Of a stretch of 64,000 nt of DNA, positions 44,561 through 56,600 are shown one piece after another (the first letter of the stretch is position 1; each line of letters opens with the position of its first letter). Source of the DNA: Ruditapes philippinarum (taxonomy: Eukaryota); assembly GCF_026571515.1 (NCBI RefSeq), contig NW_026857726.1:1-64000 (forward strand), written 5' to 3'. A model generated the notes under the pieces. It saw nothing but the letters and a program-made list of their open reading frames with translations. It did no database searches and was not told where the DNA came from. The position numbers and the translations under genes were made by a program.

Positions 44561-45544
44561 GAGCAACTTGAAGACGTTACAGCAGCATTGTGCCGAACGC
44601 TCTTACATTTGTACAAGCTCTACTTTATCTACTAGTGCTAACAAAAAACAAATACAAAATTTATGACATAATCATCAAAAACAAGAAAATGAATAAATAT
44701 GTATTAACAATTATTGTGAAGCTCCTTAATTTACAATTCCTAAACTATGAAAAAAATAGAATAGTATACATGTATTTCCAGTAAGAACTTGGTAAAATGC
44801 TGCAATAATCTCTATTTGAAATCAAGTCATTTTCTTGTAGAAGCCAAGACCAACCTTCAGTGTAAGTGCAACAGTCTTTAATTTTTGTAAAATAAGTCTA
44901 ATATTAAAGTAACGCATAAATTAAGTTTTACTTATCAAGTTCGCTCAATTATTACAATCATTATTATTGAAGTTAAATACATATACATGTAAATAGGACT
45001 CTTCAAAACTTTTGTTTGGACAGAATTCTTTGGATAATGATATACAAAAAGATCATCCAATTTATTTTTACAGGAATGGTCATAATATGAAGAGATCAAC
45101 AACAAAAGTAACAGATGTTAGCAATGTTTCCATTAGTATTTGATACAAGATATAAAATCAGTGTTTGTCTTGGTATTGTTTTATACCCTTCCAAGTGAGA
45201 TATATGATAAATTTCTTAGAACTTTGCAGGTAATGAAAATATTTTTTAAGAGTTAAAAATATCCCTTCCTCAACTTGTGGCGGGTACTTGGAAACACTTC
45301 AAATTTATTTTATCATAATATTGACCCAACATGGAAATGTTTGGACAGCTTTACAGTATAAATATACACAACTGGCAGTACAAAAAAATACACCAATGAT
45401 TGGTGTTGAACACAAAAATAATGGTTGTTTAATGTATGGTTGATATAAAATGATGATGATGAGAAGACAAAGGATCACATAATGATTGCTAACACATTGG
45501 ACAACAATTCTCAAATTTCAAGTAATCCTATGTCAACATCTTTA

Positions 45545-45840
45545 CTTAACATTTGTTTCTTATGATTCAAGTATTCCTATATCAATGTCCTCACTTTACA
45601 TTATTAATGTCCACACTTTACATGGGTTTCAAGTTAACCTATATTACTGTCCTCACTTTACATTATTAATGTCCTCACTTTACATGGGTTTCAAGAAAAC
45701 CTGCATTAAGGCCCAAATTTAACATTGGTTTCTTATGATTCAAGTAAACCTATACTAATGTCCTCACTTCACATTATTAATGTCCTCACTTTACACTGTT
45801 TTCAAACAGTTCAAGTAAACCTATATTGATGTCCTCACTT
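45545..45840. repeat. Hierarchical tandem repeat (AATGTCCTCACTTTACA subunits within a ~175-bp unit)
   Basis: TGTCCTCACTT-like motif ~7 times; TTTCTTATGATTCAAGTA at ~45556 and ~45729. Confidence 0.75.
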
Positions 45841-47047
45841 TTTTCGTTTTAAAGGAATTTTTTCACCCTTAATCTAAAACTAACAATGTTAACTTGTAGG
45901 GTCTCAAAAACCAACAATTTCAAATAAAACGATATGGACAAAATCATATATAAAGCCCAGTCAAGACTTATTGAAGTACAGACTTGGCAGGCCAGGATTG
46001 CCATTTACTGCTTATGATGTAAAGACGGACCTTGTTTGACAATGGTAGCATATGCATGCTATATGTAATTGATGTTTGACCTCCGAGGGTTAACTACTTG
46101 CACGACGTAAGTTTACAATTAAAAACTTCCTATTTAACTATCTGTCTTAAAATACAAATATAATTACTAGTAAATAAATAACTGACTGTCATATATGGTT
46201 AATGTATGTGTTGAACAAATTGAAAACAAATACCTGTTTAACAATAAGGTAACAGTAAAATAACTAATATACAATAATAAATGCTAAACATACATTAAGC
46301 AAATGTCCTAATAAAAAACTGAGGATATCTATATGACTTTTACTACAGAACTAAAATTATTCAGGCATGAAATAAATTTATTACGCTTATGGATCCCACA
46401 TGAAATAGTTTTTAAATGGTGATCAAATACCTACATGTACAAGCGTAGTGATCTTTTTATCAAAATTATTGATAACAGCTCAAAACATTTCCGTGTAGCT
46501 CATACAGAATGACTGGTCATCCAATCCAGATGATATGTCACATGATTATGTTTATATGTCACATGATCAGATTAATGGTCACATGATTATATCAAAGGTC
46601 ACATGATCAGGCTGATAGATCAGATGATCATTATTTGACAACATGGTTGTATATATATATTCATATCCAGTAAATTGTATCATTAACAGAAATAACAATG
46701 TCAACAACTTCTCAACAATCTGCAAAGAAAAAAAGTTATTATTCCAAGCATGAAAACAAGAATGTGAACTTTATGCTAATATTACTAATATTCCATAATA
46801 AGTTCATAATAAGGTATATTATAAAAGTGTATTGATATGAAAACTTGTGTAACCTATAACCTGATAATTTCCATCAATGAACTAGTCCACCTTTAATGCT
46901 TTAAAACTTTCTGGGTATGAAGATGAAAATTTGAAGTTAAGCATGCAACAGTATAGGGCCTAGTCAGACTGCATGGCTTTACAGACTGGCCTGACTCTAT
47001 ACTTGTCAGTGATAGAAAAGGCTTATTACTTAGCTGAATAAGGGTTA

Positions 47048-48230
47048 ATAGAGGATTTTATTTTATGCTTTTCAGTGGATTACTGATTTATCCGTGAAAA
47101 TTATATTTGATAATTTCACAGTGAAAATTATCAAAATATAATTTCACTTTTTTCAATGACGAAACTACTTTTTTAAGATTTTCCCCATGTGGTACCTCAA
47201 TTTTATTTTTACTGACAATTCTGACAATATCAGGCTGCTAAAAAAATAGCAAAGCTGAAATATATAAATAACATTAATGTCAAAAGTATTAAAAGAGAGA
47301 AAACTTACTTCTATTCCTTCAAATTCCAATCACAAAATTTCGTCTCTAAATTTTTTTGTTTCGTTTTTACAGTCTGAAAAATACATTCCTTCCCCATGCA
47401 AAACTGCTCTTGATGACATTTGGGCATATTAAAGTATCCTACGAGCAATAACTGCCGTATGCTTTATGAAAAATTGAAAAGCATTGACAGCTATCACTCG
47501 TAAAATAAGTAAATCAACCCAGCGTTCCTTACAATGCCTTAGCAAGCTTCCAAGTTTTCCAATTTCCTAGCTCCTTTTCTGAATGTTTTCACTTCTGTCA
47601 ACACTTATTTTTTGTCTGTTACAATCCCCAAATAAGTTTTCTTTCTTTTAAAAAGGTGTATGACTAACAAATCCAAATTATATCCTTCTGTATCTTACAC
47701 AATTATTTTCCTCCCATGAAATACACGACTTTAAAAAATGGCTGCCGTTTACATTTTACAAAGCCAGGTCTAATATAAATTCGCAGTAAGTAACAGAAAT
47801 ATGGATGGATGGTTGGACTTTTTCTCCTACAAGAATTGTTTGTTTTTATTATTAAAACAAGCGATCATTCATATTTTTTAATAAGATGAATAAATATCAC
47901 ATTCATTTAACCTTCATTGGCGGACTTATTTTTCAGCTCAAGACTTCTTGTTTTTAATGAGAAATTCCCTCTAAATGGGGCTCTCAACGGGGGAAACAGA
48001 TTTTAATATCAACGTTAAAATTATGGAAATTTCGTTTTAACTTGTTTTAAAGCATAAAATAAAAAGAAAATTTGTCTGTTTGTTGTGTAAGATGTAATTT
48101 TATTTCATCTCGTGAACTTTAAAAACAGTATTCTCACTCGTGGCTACGCCACTCGTGAGAATACTGTTTTTAAAGCCCACTCGATGAAATAAAATTTCAT
48201 CTTACACACAAACAAACAAATATCCTCTAT
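47048..48230. mobile_element. Element with ATAGAGGAT...ATCCTCTAT ends and long sub-terminal palindromes (Crypton-like by architecture)
   Basis: 9-bp terminal IR. A ~150-bp hairpin at 48070-48220 is centred on CACTCGTGGCTACGCCACTCGTG, with a degenerate hairpin at the left end. The same terminal motif occurs at 30589. Confidence 0.6.
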
Positions 48231-48969
48231 GTATTTGTCATTAAATATATTTGGTCACATGGCACAAAAGTTAATATTCTTTTATTAATTAAATAACAAG
48301 ACCCCGCTCCACCAACATTCATGGCCTATGTCATAAACTATGGATGTCATTGTTGTAATATCACATTTATTCAAACAAAACAATGGAAAATTTCCATTTA
48401 CAGATTGCAGCAAACAGTTACATTTTTTGGTTTTCAAACTTTCATACCGGTAATTTTGTCATGAACACTAAAATAAAGCAACATTCTTGTCTTCTAACTC
48501 TCATAATTTTGTTTAAAACCACAAAAAATACAACAAAAAAGGTAATAAGCACAAATTATTATGAATAAATAAAATTACATTCATGATGTAACAAAGTGAA
48601 CTATAAGCATAAATATCTTAAACAGTTTTTTTTGTTTATCAATATACACTATTGTAATTGCTGTACACTGTTTCAAATACTATACCTACACATTTATTTT
48701 TTATCTGCAATTATAAAATATGTACAAACAACATAACTGATTAAAGCAAAATGCTCACGGTATTAAGCTTGATTCTATCTTGTCCCAATATGGGAGCGAA
48801 AATACATCCTAGAGTCTATATAAAAATGCTTTGGTTATTCGTTACTAATGCTTATACATACATGACCTTAATTATGCACATAATTTACTTGCATAAAAAT
48901 GAAAGTCCTAACCAGAAATTAAAATTACAGATTTTCTTCAAATAAATCTCTGTTTCTGCCAATGTAAAA

Positions 48970-49212
48970 ATTTGAGCCGCGTCATGACAAAACCAACATA
49001 ATGCATTTGTGACCAACATGGATGAAGACCAGCCTGCGCATCCACACAGTCTGATCAGGATCCATGCTGTTTGCTTACAAACCCTATTACAAGTAGAGAA
49101 ACTGATAGCAAACAGCATGGATCCTGATCAGACTGCGCGGATGTGCAGGCTAGTCTGGATCCAGGCTGGTCGCAAACCCACTATGTTGGTTTTGTCATGG
49201 CACGGCTCATAT
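48970..49212. mobile_element. Palindromic fold-back MITE (second copy)
   Basis: Highly similar to 44318-44560. Confidence 0.85.
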
Positions 49213-50320
49213 GTATACTAACATTCACAACATAGAGAAATGCATATAACCTATAAATGCACCATTCGTAACTTCTCATTTCTAATTAGTAAGCAACTAC
49301 ATTATACAAAGATAAACAATTTACAATATTTTGGTCCCTATGGTAACATCTATCCATCAAAATTGTTAAATATTTATACACTGTATAAACATTTCTTTTC
49401 GTCAACTGACCATAATCCTAACATCACTACCACAGAAAAAGATGGCACATAATATCATTCTATATTTGCAATGCTTAAAAATTGAGAACGTGTTTTCAAG
49501 TCAAAGGCTTGACATTCAGTTTCAGCCAATGACTATCTGTTGACAAAATTGATAAAATTTTCAAGCTTTCAGAGTAAACTTATGTATAGTGATCTCATAT
49601 AAATCTTTTTAAAACAAAAAATTTTCATTTCACTTCACAAGTTAACAAACTTTATAAGAGAGAGAAAATACACTTATTACTTGTAGATTTTTTTTATCTA
49701 AGACGAAAACATACAGTGTTATGTTATTGATATCAAAAGGAAAATAAAAATCTCAAACATAAATACATGTACCTCTATATCCCTACAAGCTCTGGCTATA
49801 TATTAGCTGTTTTTAAACAGAAAGAATAAGACTCAAATTGACGCAAATTCCCAAAACAAAACTGGAATATCCCTATTTTGCATGCTCTTACACAGATATT
49901 CAAAAAATAACATTTTTACATCAACGATGTTAGATATTTGGTTGTGAAATGTAAATTACACACAGAATATGCAGCGGAATATTCAATATAAGACTTACAC
50001 CAAGCTATCATTCTGATTGGTTGCTAAGCAATGGTAGAATCTTAACCAATCACAACACTGATGAATTTTCATTATAGGGATGTCATCTGGAGTCTGGATA
50101 TCCGAATGTTAGAATCACGATTCGATGTCCAGTGTAGATTTTCAGATTCAGATATTCGTATAAAATATTTTTCAAGAACACAGAATGTAGACCTTGCTTC
50201 TATAAAGAAGCAGAATAACAGTGTTTTCAGGGAGTTTTAAAATTTTGACAGAGAATGTGATATAATTATATAATGTATCTGGCACTGTGTGATATGGGTG
50301 GGCTGTCAGTGTAATATGGC

Positions 50321-50652
50321 CAGGGCCAAAACACCATTTTTGGGGAAGGGGCCTCAGCCTTTTTCTTGGGGAAAATATGCATGATTTTGGCATACTTTGG
50401 GAAAAGGGGTCTCAAATTTAACACAAACTTTTAACAAGTTCTTCAAAATAGAAAAGCAAAAAGCACTGGGAAATACTAATAAGGCAGTAAAAGACCTTAA
50501 TTCAACACCATCATTTAATTTTGTTCTAAATTCTATGGGAAATTTCAAAAGACTGGGGAATTTTGAGGACCAAACTGGGGAAAAAAAGAGGCTAGTTTAG
50601 TCGGGGAAGCAGCCTATATTCGGCCTCTACAAAGAAGGGTTTTTTGGCCCTG
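50321..50652. mobile_element. 332-bp MITE, CAGGG...CCCTG TIRs, 5-bp TSD (hAT5-like)
   Basis: ATGGC|CAGGGCCAAAA...TTTTGGCCCTG|ATGGC. A near-identical copy lies at 56209-56540. Confidence 0.85.
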
Positions 50653-50663
50653 ATGGCAAGTTA

Positions 50664-53600
50664 TTACATTGTGAGCAGCGGTACATCAAAAAGATCACAT
50701 GCACCCTCACTGTCATCCAGATTGAAATAATAGTCTTTATCACTAGGTGGTGGGCTTAGTCGTAACAATGGTGCAAAAGCTGAAATATAAACAAGTCAAT
50801 GAGCATCAGCATTATAATCAATGTAAACACTAAGAAATTTTATTGTTTTGTTTTGGGTTTTACGTCACATTGACACAGTATAGGTCATATTGCGACGTTC
50901 CAGCTTTACTGGTAGAGGAAGACCTCAGGTGCCCTTCCGTGCATTATTTCAGGCACGAACGGGCACCTGAGTAGAACCACTGACGTTCCGTAAGCTAGCT
51001 GGATAGCTTCCTCACATGACACTAAGAAATAATCCTCAGCAATAATTTAAAGAGGACATAGCAAACAGAATCCACTTTTATGACCAAAATTTCAAAAAAT
51101 ATAATAATTTTCTTCTTCTTCTTGAAACCACCCCGCTTTTACTTAATATGGCCACTTTCTCCAGCAAACAACATTATGTATTAATATCTTGATCATTCTC
51201 AAACTTAGAGGGAACATATTTCTTTAAACATGTCTGTTTACTAGACATGTATGATATAACAACATAATAAATATATCTTTAATTATATTGACTTATATCA
51301 GTAAAACATTAAATATTTACCTTCAGATGTCATGAGTTCTTCTATAAGTTGACCATCCATTGCATCTGAAATGTTTGATAATTTTTTACATGTAAAGTGT
51401 AATATAAAATACACAGGGTTTGTCAAGCTAATGGGTAAACCTTTCCACATCAATGATTGATTACAACATTACATAGAACAATTGGCTATTATATATTAAT
51501 ATAATATACAGATTTAAACAAAACATTGCTTTGATCATCTAACAACATAACAACATTAACAATGGGGAAAAAAACCTGAGATTCCCCCTTTGTGCTTTAT
51601 TTCATTCTCGATTCCTTCCCCGTGGTATAATCACTATACACATGTTAAGTTAGCTGGATAGCTTCCTCAAATAAATTTAATGTCTCCATATATCAAAACT
51701 ATCAGTGGTGAGTGGAAAAGAGATTCAGCTGAACCATGTAGTGCCTGTCAAGTTTGTTATGGAGCATCCATGGCTGGATAGTTAAGGTCATTGGCTTCAA
51801 ACCATTTGCGCCTAAACACTGTAGATTCAAATCCTGTCAGGGACACTGGATTCTTTCATGTGATTCTTTCATGTGAGGAAGCTATCCAACTAGCTTAAAG
51901 AATGTCTGTGGTTCTACTCAGGTGCCTGTTCATGCCTAAAATGATGCACAAAGGGTGCATCCGAGGTCTTCCTCAACCAGTAAAGCTGGAAATTTGCCAT
52001 ATGACCTTTACTAACTTAAAACATAACCAACAAAAAATAATTTTTTGGTACACTGACATGGACATTCTATCCATTACTTATTATGGGCTTACGAATCATA
52101 ACATTCTTGCAACCTAACAGATTCTATATTTTTTCTTACCAAATTCAGATTTTGCTTCATCAAAGAGAATATCACTGGGAAGACTGTCCATGCCAGTAGG
52201 AAGTCCAAGTGAGGTAGAGGCTTGCTGCTGTTGTGACATCTGCTGACCTTGTTTCCGTGGCGATGACCTTGTTGCCATTCTGTCACCATGCAAACTGGTG
52301 GGCTGAGATTGTCGTAGAGGAGATTTAACAGGTGATTTTTGATTCTAGAAAAAAATTATTGTAATTATTATCATAATGTCCTTTTTCTTTAAATATTAAA
52401 GCATATAATAAATCAAAGTCATTTATTTGGATAAATCTATTTATATCGCATTCATATTTTACAAAAAATGTATTCTAATTCAAAGCTGATTAAAAAACTT
52501 AATAACAATAACTTCTTCTACAAAATTAACTGTGCCATATAGTTTACATACAATGATTTTGGTAGGCTTACTTTACTGGCTTTTTGTCGTGTATTTTGGT
52601 TTGGATTAACATTTTGATCAGCTCCTTGGGCTGCAGCTTGGCACTGACTGGCCAGACCTTCATCAGCAGGTGGGAGTTGCGTCACCATAGGTGACTGGTT
52701 GTCAGAGTCTTTATTAACTAACAGAACATTTATAGGTCCAGAGCTGCTTTTTAAATGAATCTGATAATTCTTCTTTAAACCTGGTCCCTGTAAATTTGAA
52801 GAAAGAAAGAATAATAAGAAATCAGTCAAACTAAATTACTATACTAAATTCAAATAGGAAACAAAGTACATGTAACATAGAGTCAATCTAACAGACTATC
52901 AATACTACATTTGTATACTAAATACATTGCTTATACATTTATAATTCAAAAATTAAAATTTGAAACTGCCTATTATCTATTTTAGGGATTCGATTGAGCA
53001 GCTATCATTCAGACAGCAAAAATTAATAGGGTAGTCAGGTTTTAACTGAAATGTCAGAAATAATGAAAGTAGAAAAATATTTTATAAATACTGTCAGATT
53101 TACAAGCTTTATATCATCCATGAATATGTATTTACTTCAATAGCAAGAAATTACATCAATAACAAAACACATTTAAATATAAATCTGCAGAAAAAGAATG
53201 AAATTCAACACTTTCCCTTTCATATATTGGCAAATAAAACTCTATTGATACACCAGGCCAAAAATAATCAAACAATTGAAGAATGACTTGGTGTCATTGA
53301 AAATCAACACAAACTGGTCACACATTTCCAAAATGAAGAAGAAATACTGACCAAATGATGATATGATCTTACCAGTTCAGGTACAGGTACTTCTAACTGG
53401 GTTCCTGATGGGGCTTGTATTGCTAACAAAGTATCCCCTCTAAAACAACGACATATATCTTCATGCGTCACATATGCTAATCTATTATTTTGTTAAGGAA
53501 AAACAAGATTGCATTTGAGAAAAATGCTATGCCACCGCAATAATACAACACTAAATAGTAGTGTAGGAACAGATTTTTTTGTTTCTATACAATTGAAGAT

Positions 53601-56600
53601 TGTCATAATGCATATCTAATTCTTATTATCAGATTAGTGGTTAAATCTTTTGTTAACTCAATAAAAGATCAGAGTAGGAATATATCAATGCACTTGAGTC
53701 TAGTGAATTTGGTGGTGAAGGTCATATTTCACACAGCCTAAAATTTCATGACTGCATCAAAGGACAACATGTAATACACTTTGTCAAAATCTAGGTCAGC
53801 TGATATCAAAGTTCACTTTTAATTTTGACACTAGATGCAAAATTTGAACAACTTTGGTAGAGTACCTATAGATGATATCATTTAACAAATATTAAAGCTC
53901 TAAGCCTTGTACCTTCAGACAATAAGATTTTTTTTATTTTTTACTATATATTTATATTGAAAATCAATGACCCCGGGGCGGGGGCAATTTTGACCCCAGG
54001 GCTATTATTTGAACATTCTTGCTAGAGGTTCACTTCACAATGTTTCATGCAAAGTATCTAACTTCTAGCATTTGTCAATTGCTAGAAGAAATTTTTTTAA
54101 AGTTTTTACTATGTAAATATGAGGAAAATCAATGACCCCCGGGGCCGGGCCGATTTTGACCCCAGGGCTATAATTTGAACAATCTGGGTAGAGGTCTATC
54201 AGACAATGCCTTATGCAAAATATCTTAGCTCTAGGCCTTTTGGGTCTTTACAAGAAGGTATTTTAAATTTTAAACTATATGTACATATAGTGAAAATCCA
54301 TGACCCCCGGGGGCAGGGCTGATTTTGACCCCAGGGCTATAATTTGAACAATATTGGTAGAGGTCTACCAGACAATGCTTATGCAAAATATCTAAGCTCT
54401 AGGCCTATGGGTCTTTACACAAAAGGTATTTTAAGTTTTTACTATATGTACATATAGTGAAAATCAATGACCCCCGGGGCGGGGCCGATTTTGACCCCAG
54501 GGCTATAATTTGAACAATCTTGGTAGAGGTCTACCAGACAATGCCTTATGCAAAATATCTAAGCTCTAGGCCTTTTGGGTCTTTACAAGAAGATTTTTTA
54601 AATTTATTCTTATAATTCCTTTTGGTTGCCATGGCAACCAGATTTCTGCATGGAATTAAATTCTTTGAACAACTTTGGAAGCCCTTCACCCAAGGATCAA
54701 TCCTGCCAAGTTTGGTTGAAATTGGACTAGTGGTTTTTCACAAGAAGATTTTTTAAGTTCACTATATAATCTATATAACACACACACACACAAACAAACA
54801 AACAAACAAACACACACACACACACACAGGTGAATCGCTATATGCCACCGCATCGCAGATGCTGCGGTGGCATAAAAAAAGTTTCAGGTAACAGAGAAAG
54901 CTGCTAGCATTATGGGTCATGTCACATAAAATATTGACGGAGGTACATGTACCTGGTTGCTTAATTACCTCCCTTGCTTGATTTTTTTAGACCGGGCGGT
55001 CAAGGATAACCTACGACAGTGCAAGCACTTTGTCTTATTTCCAGTAGGGTCCTTACCTCAGCAGACTGCAGAGATAGCTATGAGATACAAGGAAATCCGG
55101 GAACCAGTCCCTAGCTCTTATTGAATAGATTCCTTGGTTCTTTTCCATGCCCAGTGTATCACTGATACATGCGAGGATTACCTGGGTTTCGTACCAGTAA
55201 ACCTCTAGTTAGGTGGGAAACACTGAAAGTGTTTCTGAAAAATCACAAGGGTGTTACCCAGGATCGAATCCGGAACTTCAGGAGTGACAGTCAGTGGTCT
55301 TACCAACTGAGCTATCGCGCCATTACCTCCCTTGAAAATGCATTTTCATTTCCCACAAGCTGTTGGTCAATGACTTACATATTCTAGGAATATACCAACA
55401 GTCATGTCTGTTTCAAGATACCTTTACCACTTTTCCCAACAAAACATTAACCATTTGTGTACCTTTCAGATTTAATTAACCTTCTATATAATTATTTGAG
55501 GCATCAAAAACATGTGCTAAACACAGAAAAAGGATACCGTGTATTTTCGACTTCATCAGTAACATTTTTAATACTTTGCTGTATCCAAGCTTTGTGTTGG
55601 TCCAATTCCATTTCTTTTCTTCTCAATTCTTCGAGTTCCTCTTGCACAGAGTACAGTTTATCGGAGTATTCCCTGTTGTTGCATCCTGGTCCAGCACCCC
55701 TGAAATTCAAGAGGCGCTATTGAAAAAATTTCAAGAGTTAAAATAGGTGAATAATTATCAAGTATCCAAGGCATAAATTTACAAAGGCACAATTATTATA
55801 ATTAATCATAGTTAAAGAAAAGAATGAGCTTGGCATTTTTTGCAAAGTAAATTACAATTTAACAAACCAAGACTTACTTCCACTGAATACTATTTTTAGA
55901 TTTCTTTTCAATGAGTCCTATACCCTCTAAGACATTAGTAATATCATATATTCTCCTTTTTTGCCGGACTGCCAGCTGGTCTGCTGCCTAAAAATAAAAA
56001 TCCATTTTTTTAAAAAAACATGTAGCATGAAGATGATGAACAAATTGCACGTCTAATAAACCACCTAACACCAAAAATGATGTAGTATTGTTTCTAGCGG
56101 TGAATAGCAGGGTCTGCCGCCCCGCCCTTTTTGATTTTTTACCACGCTGCCCCAATCAGCGCCATGCTCAATCAGCGCCACACTGCCCTAATTCAAGTAA
56201 TAAGACCTCAGGGCCAAAACACCATTTTTGGGGAAGGGGCCTCAGTCTTTTTCTTGGTGAAAATATGCGTGATTTTGGCATACTTTGGAAAAGCGCTCTC
56301 AAATTTAACACAAAATTTTAACAAGTTCTTCAAAATAGAAAAGCAAAAAGCACTTGGAAATACTTATAAGGCAGTAAAAGACCTTAATTCAACACCATCA
56401 TTTTATTTTGTTCTAGATTCTATGGGAAATTTCAAAAGACTGGGGAATTTTGAGGACCAAACTGGGGGAAAAAAAGAGGCTAGTTTGGTTGGGGAAGCAG
56501 CCTATATTCGGCCTCTACAAAGAAGGGTTTTTTGGCCCTGGTCCTCCTACCATATTTTTGTTAATCCAATAATCTAGTGTCAAACCCTTAACATATTATC

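Larger units (their letters stand above)
53482..55537 (-). other. U12-type (minor spliceosome) GT-AG intron in E2F4/5
   Basis: 5' splice site GTATCCTTTT. Branch site TTTTTCCTTAAC ends 10 nt before the exon junction, with no polypyrimidine tract. Confidence 0.93.

Noticed and set aside
44366-49221. ORFs MDPDQPAHPRSLIRIHAVC... (44366-44548, 49009-49221, 48885-49118)
   Set aside because: They lie wholly within palindromic MITE copies and are chance readings of a repeat.
41000-50300. Possible hidden gene between LYRM4 and E2F4/5
   Set aside because: Only isolated acceptor-like and polyA-like signals (e.g. ~43203 and ~46721 on the minus strand) and repeats are present. No coherent coding exon chain was found; the region may be extended UTR or lncRNA.
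55255-55322. tRNA-like sequences (also at 4200-4276, 4890-4965, 27160-27233)
   Set aside because: The cloverleaves are degenerate and attached to repeat bodies, so they are SINE/TE heads rather than functional tRNA genes.
56088-56577. 148-aa ORF and its partial twin at 50397-50600
   Set aside because: Both lie inside the 332-bp non-autonomous MITE and show no transposase motif.
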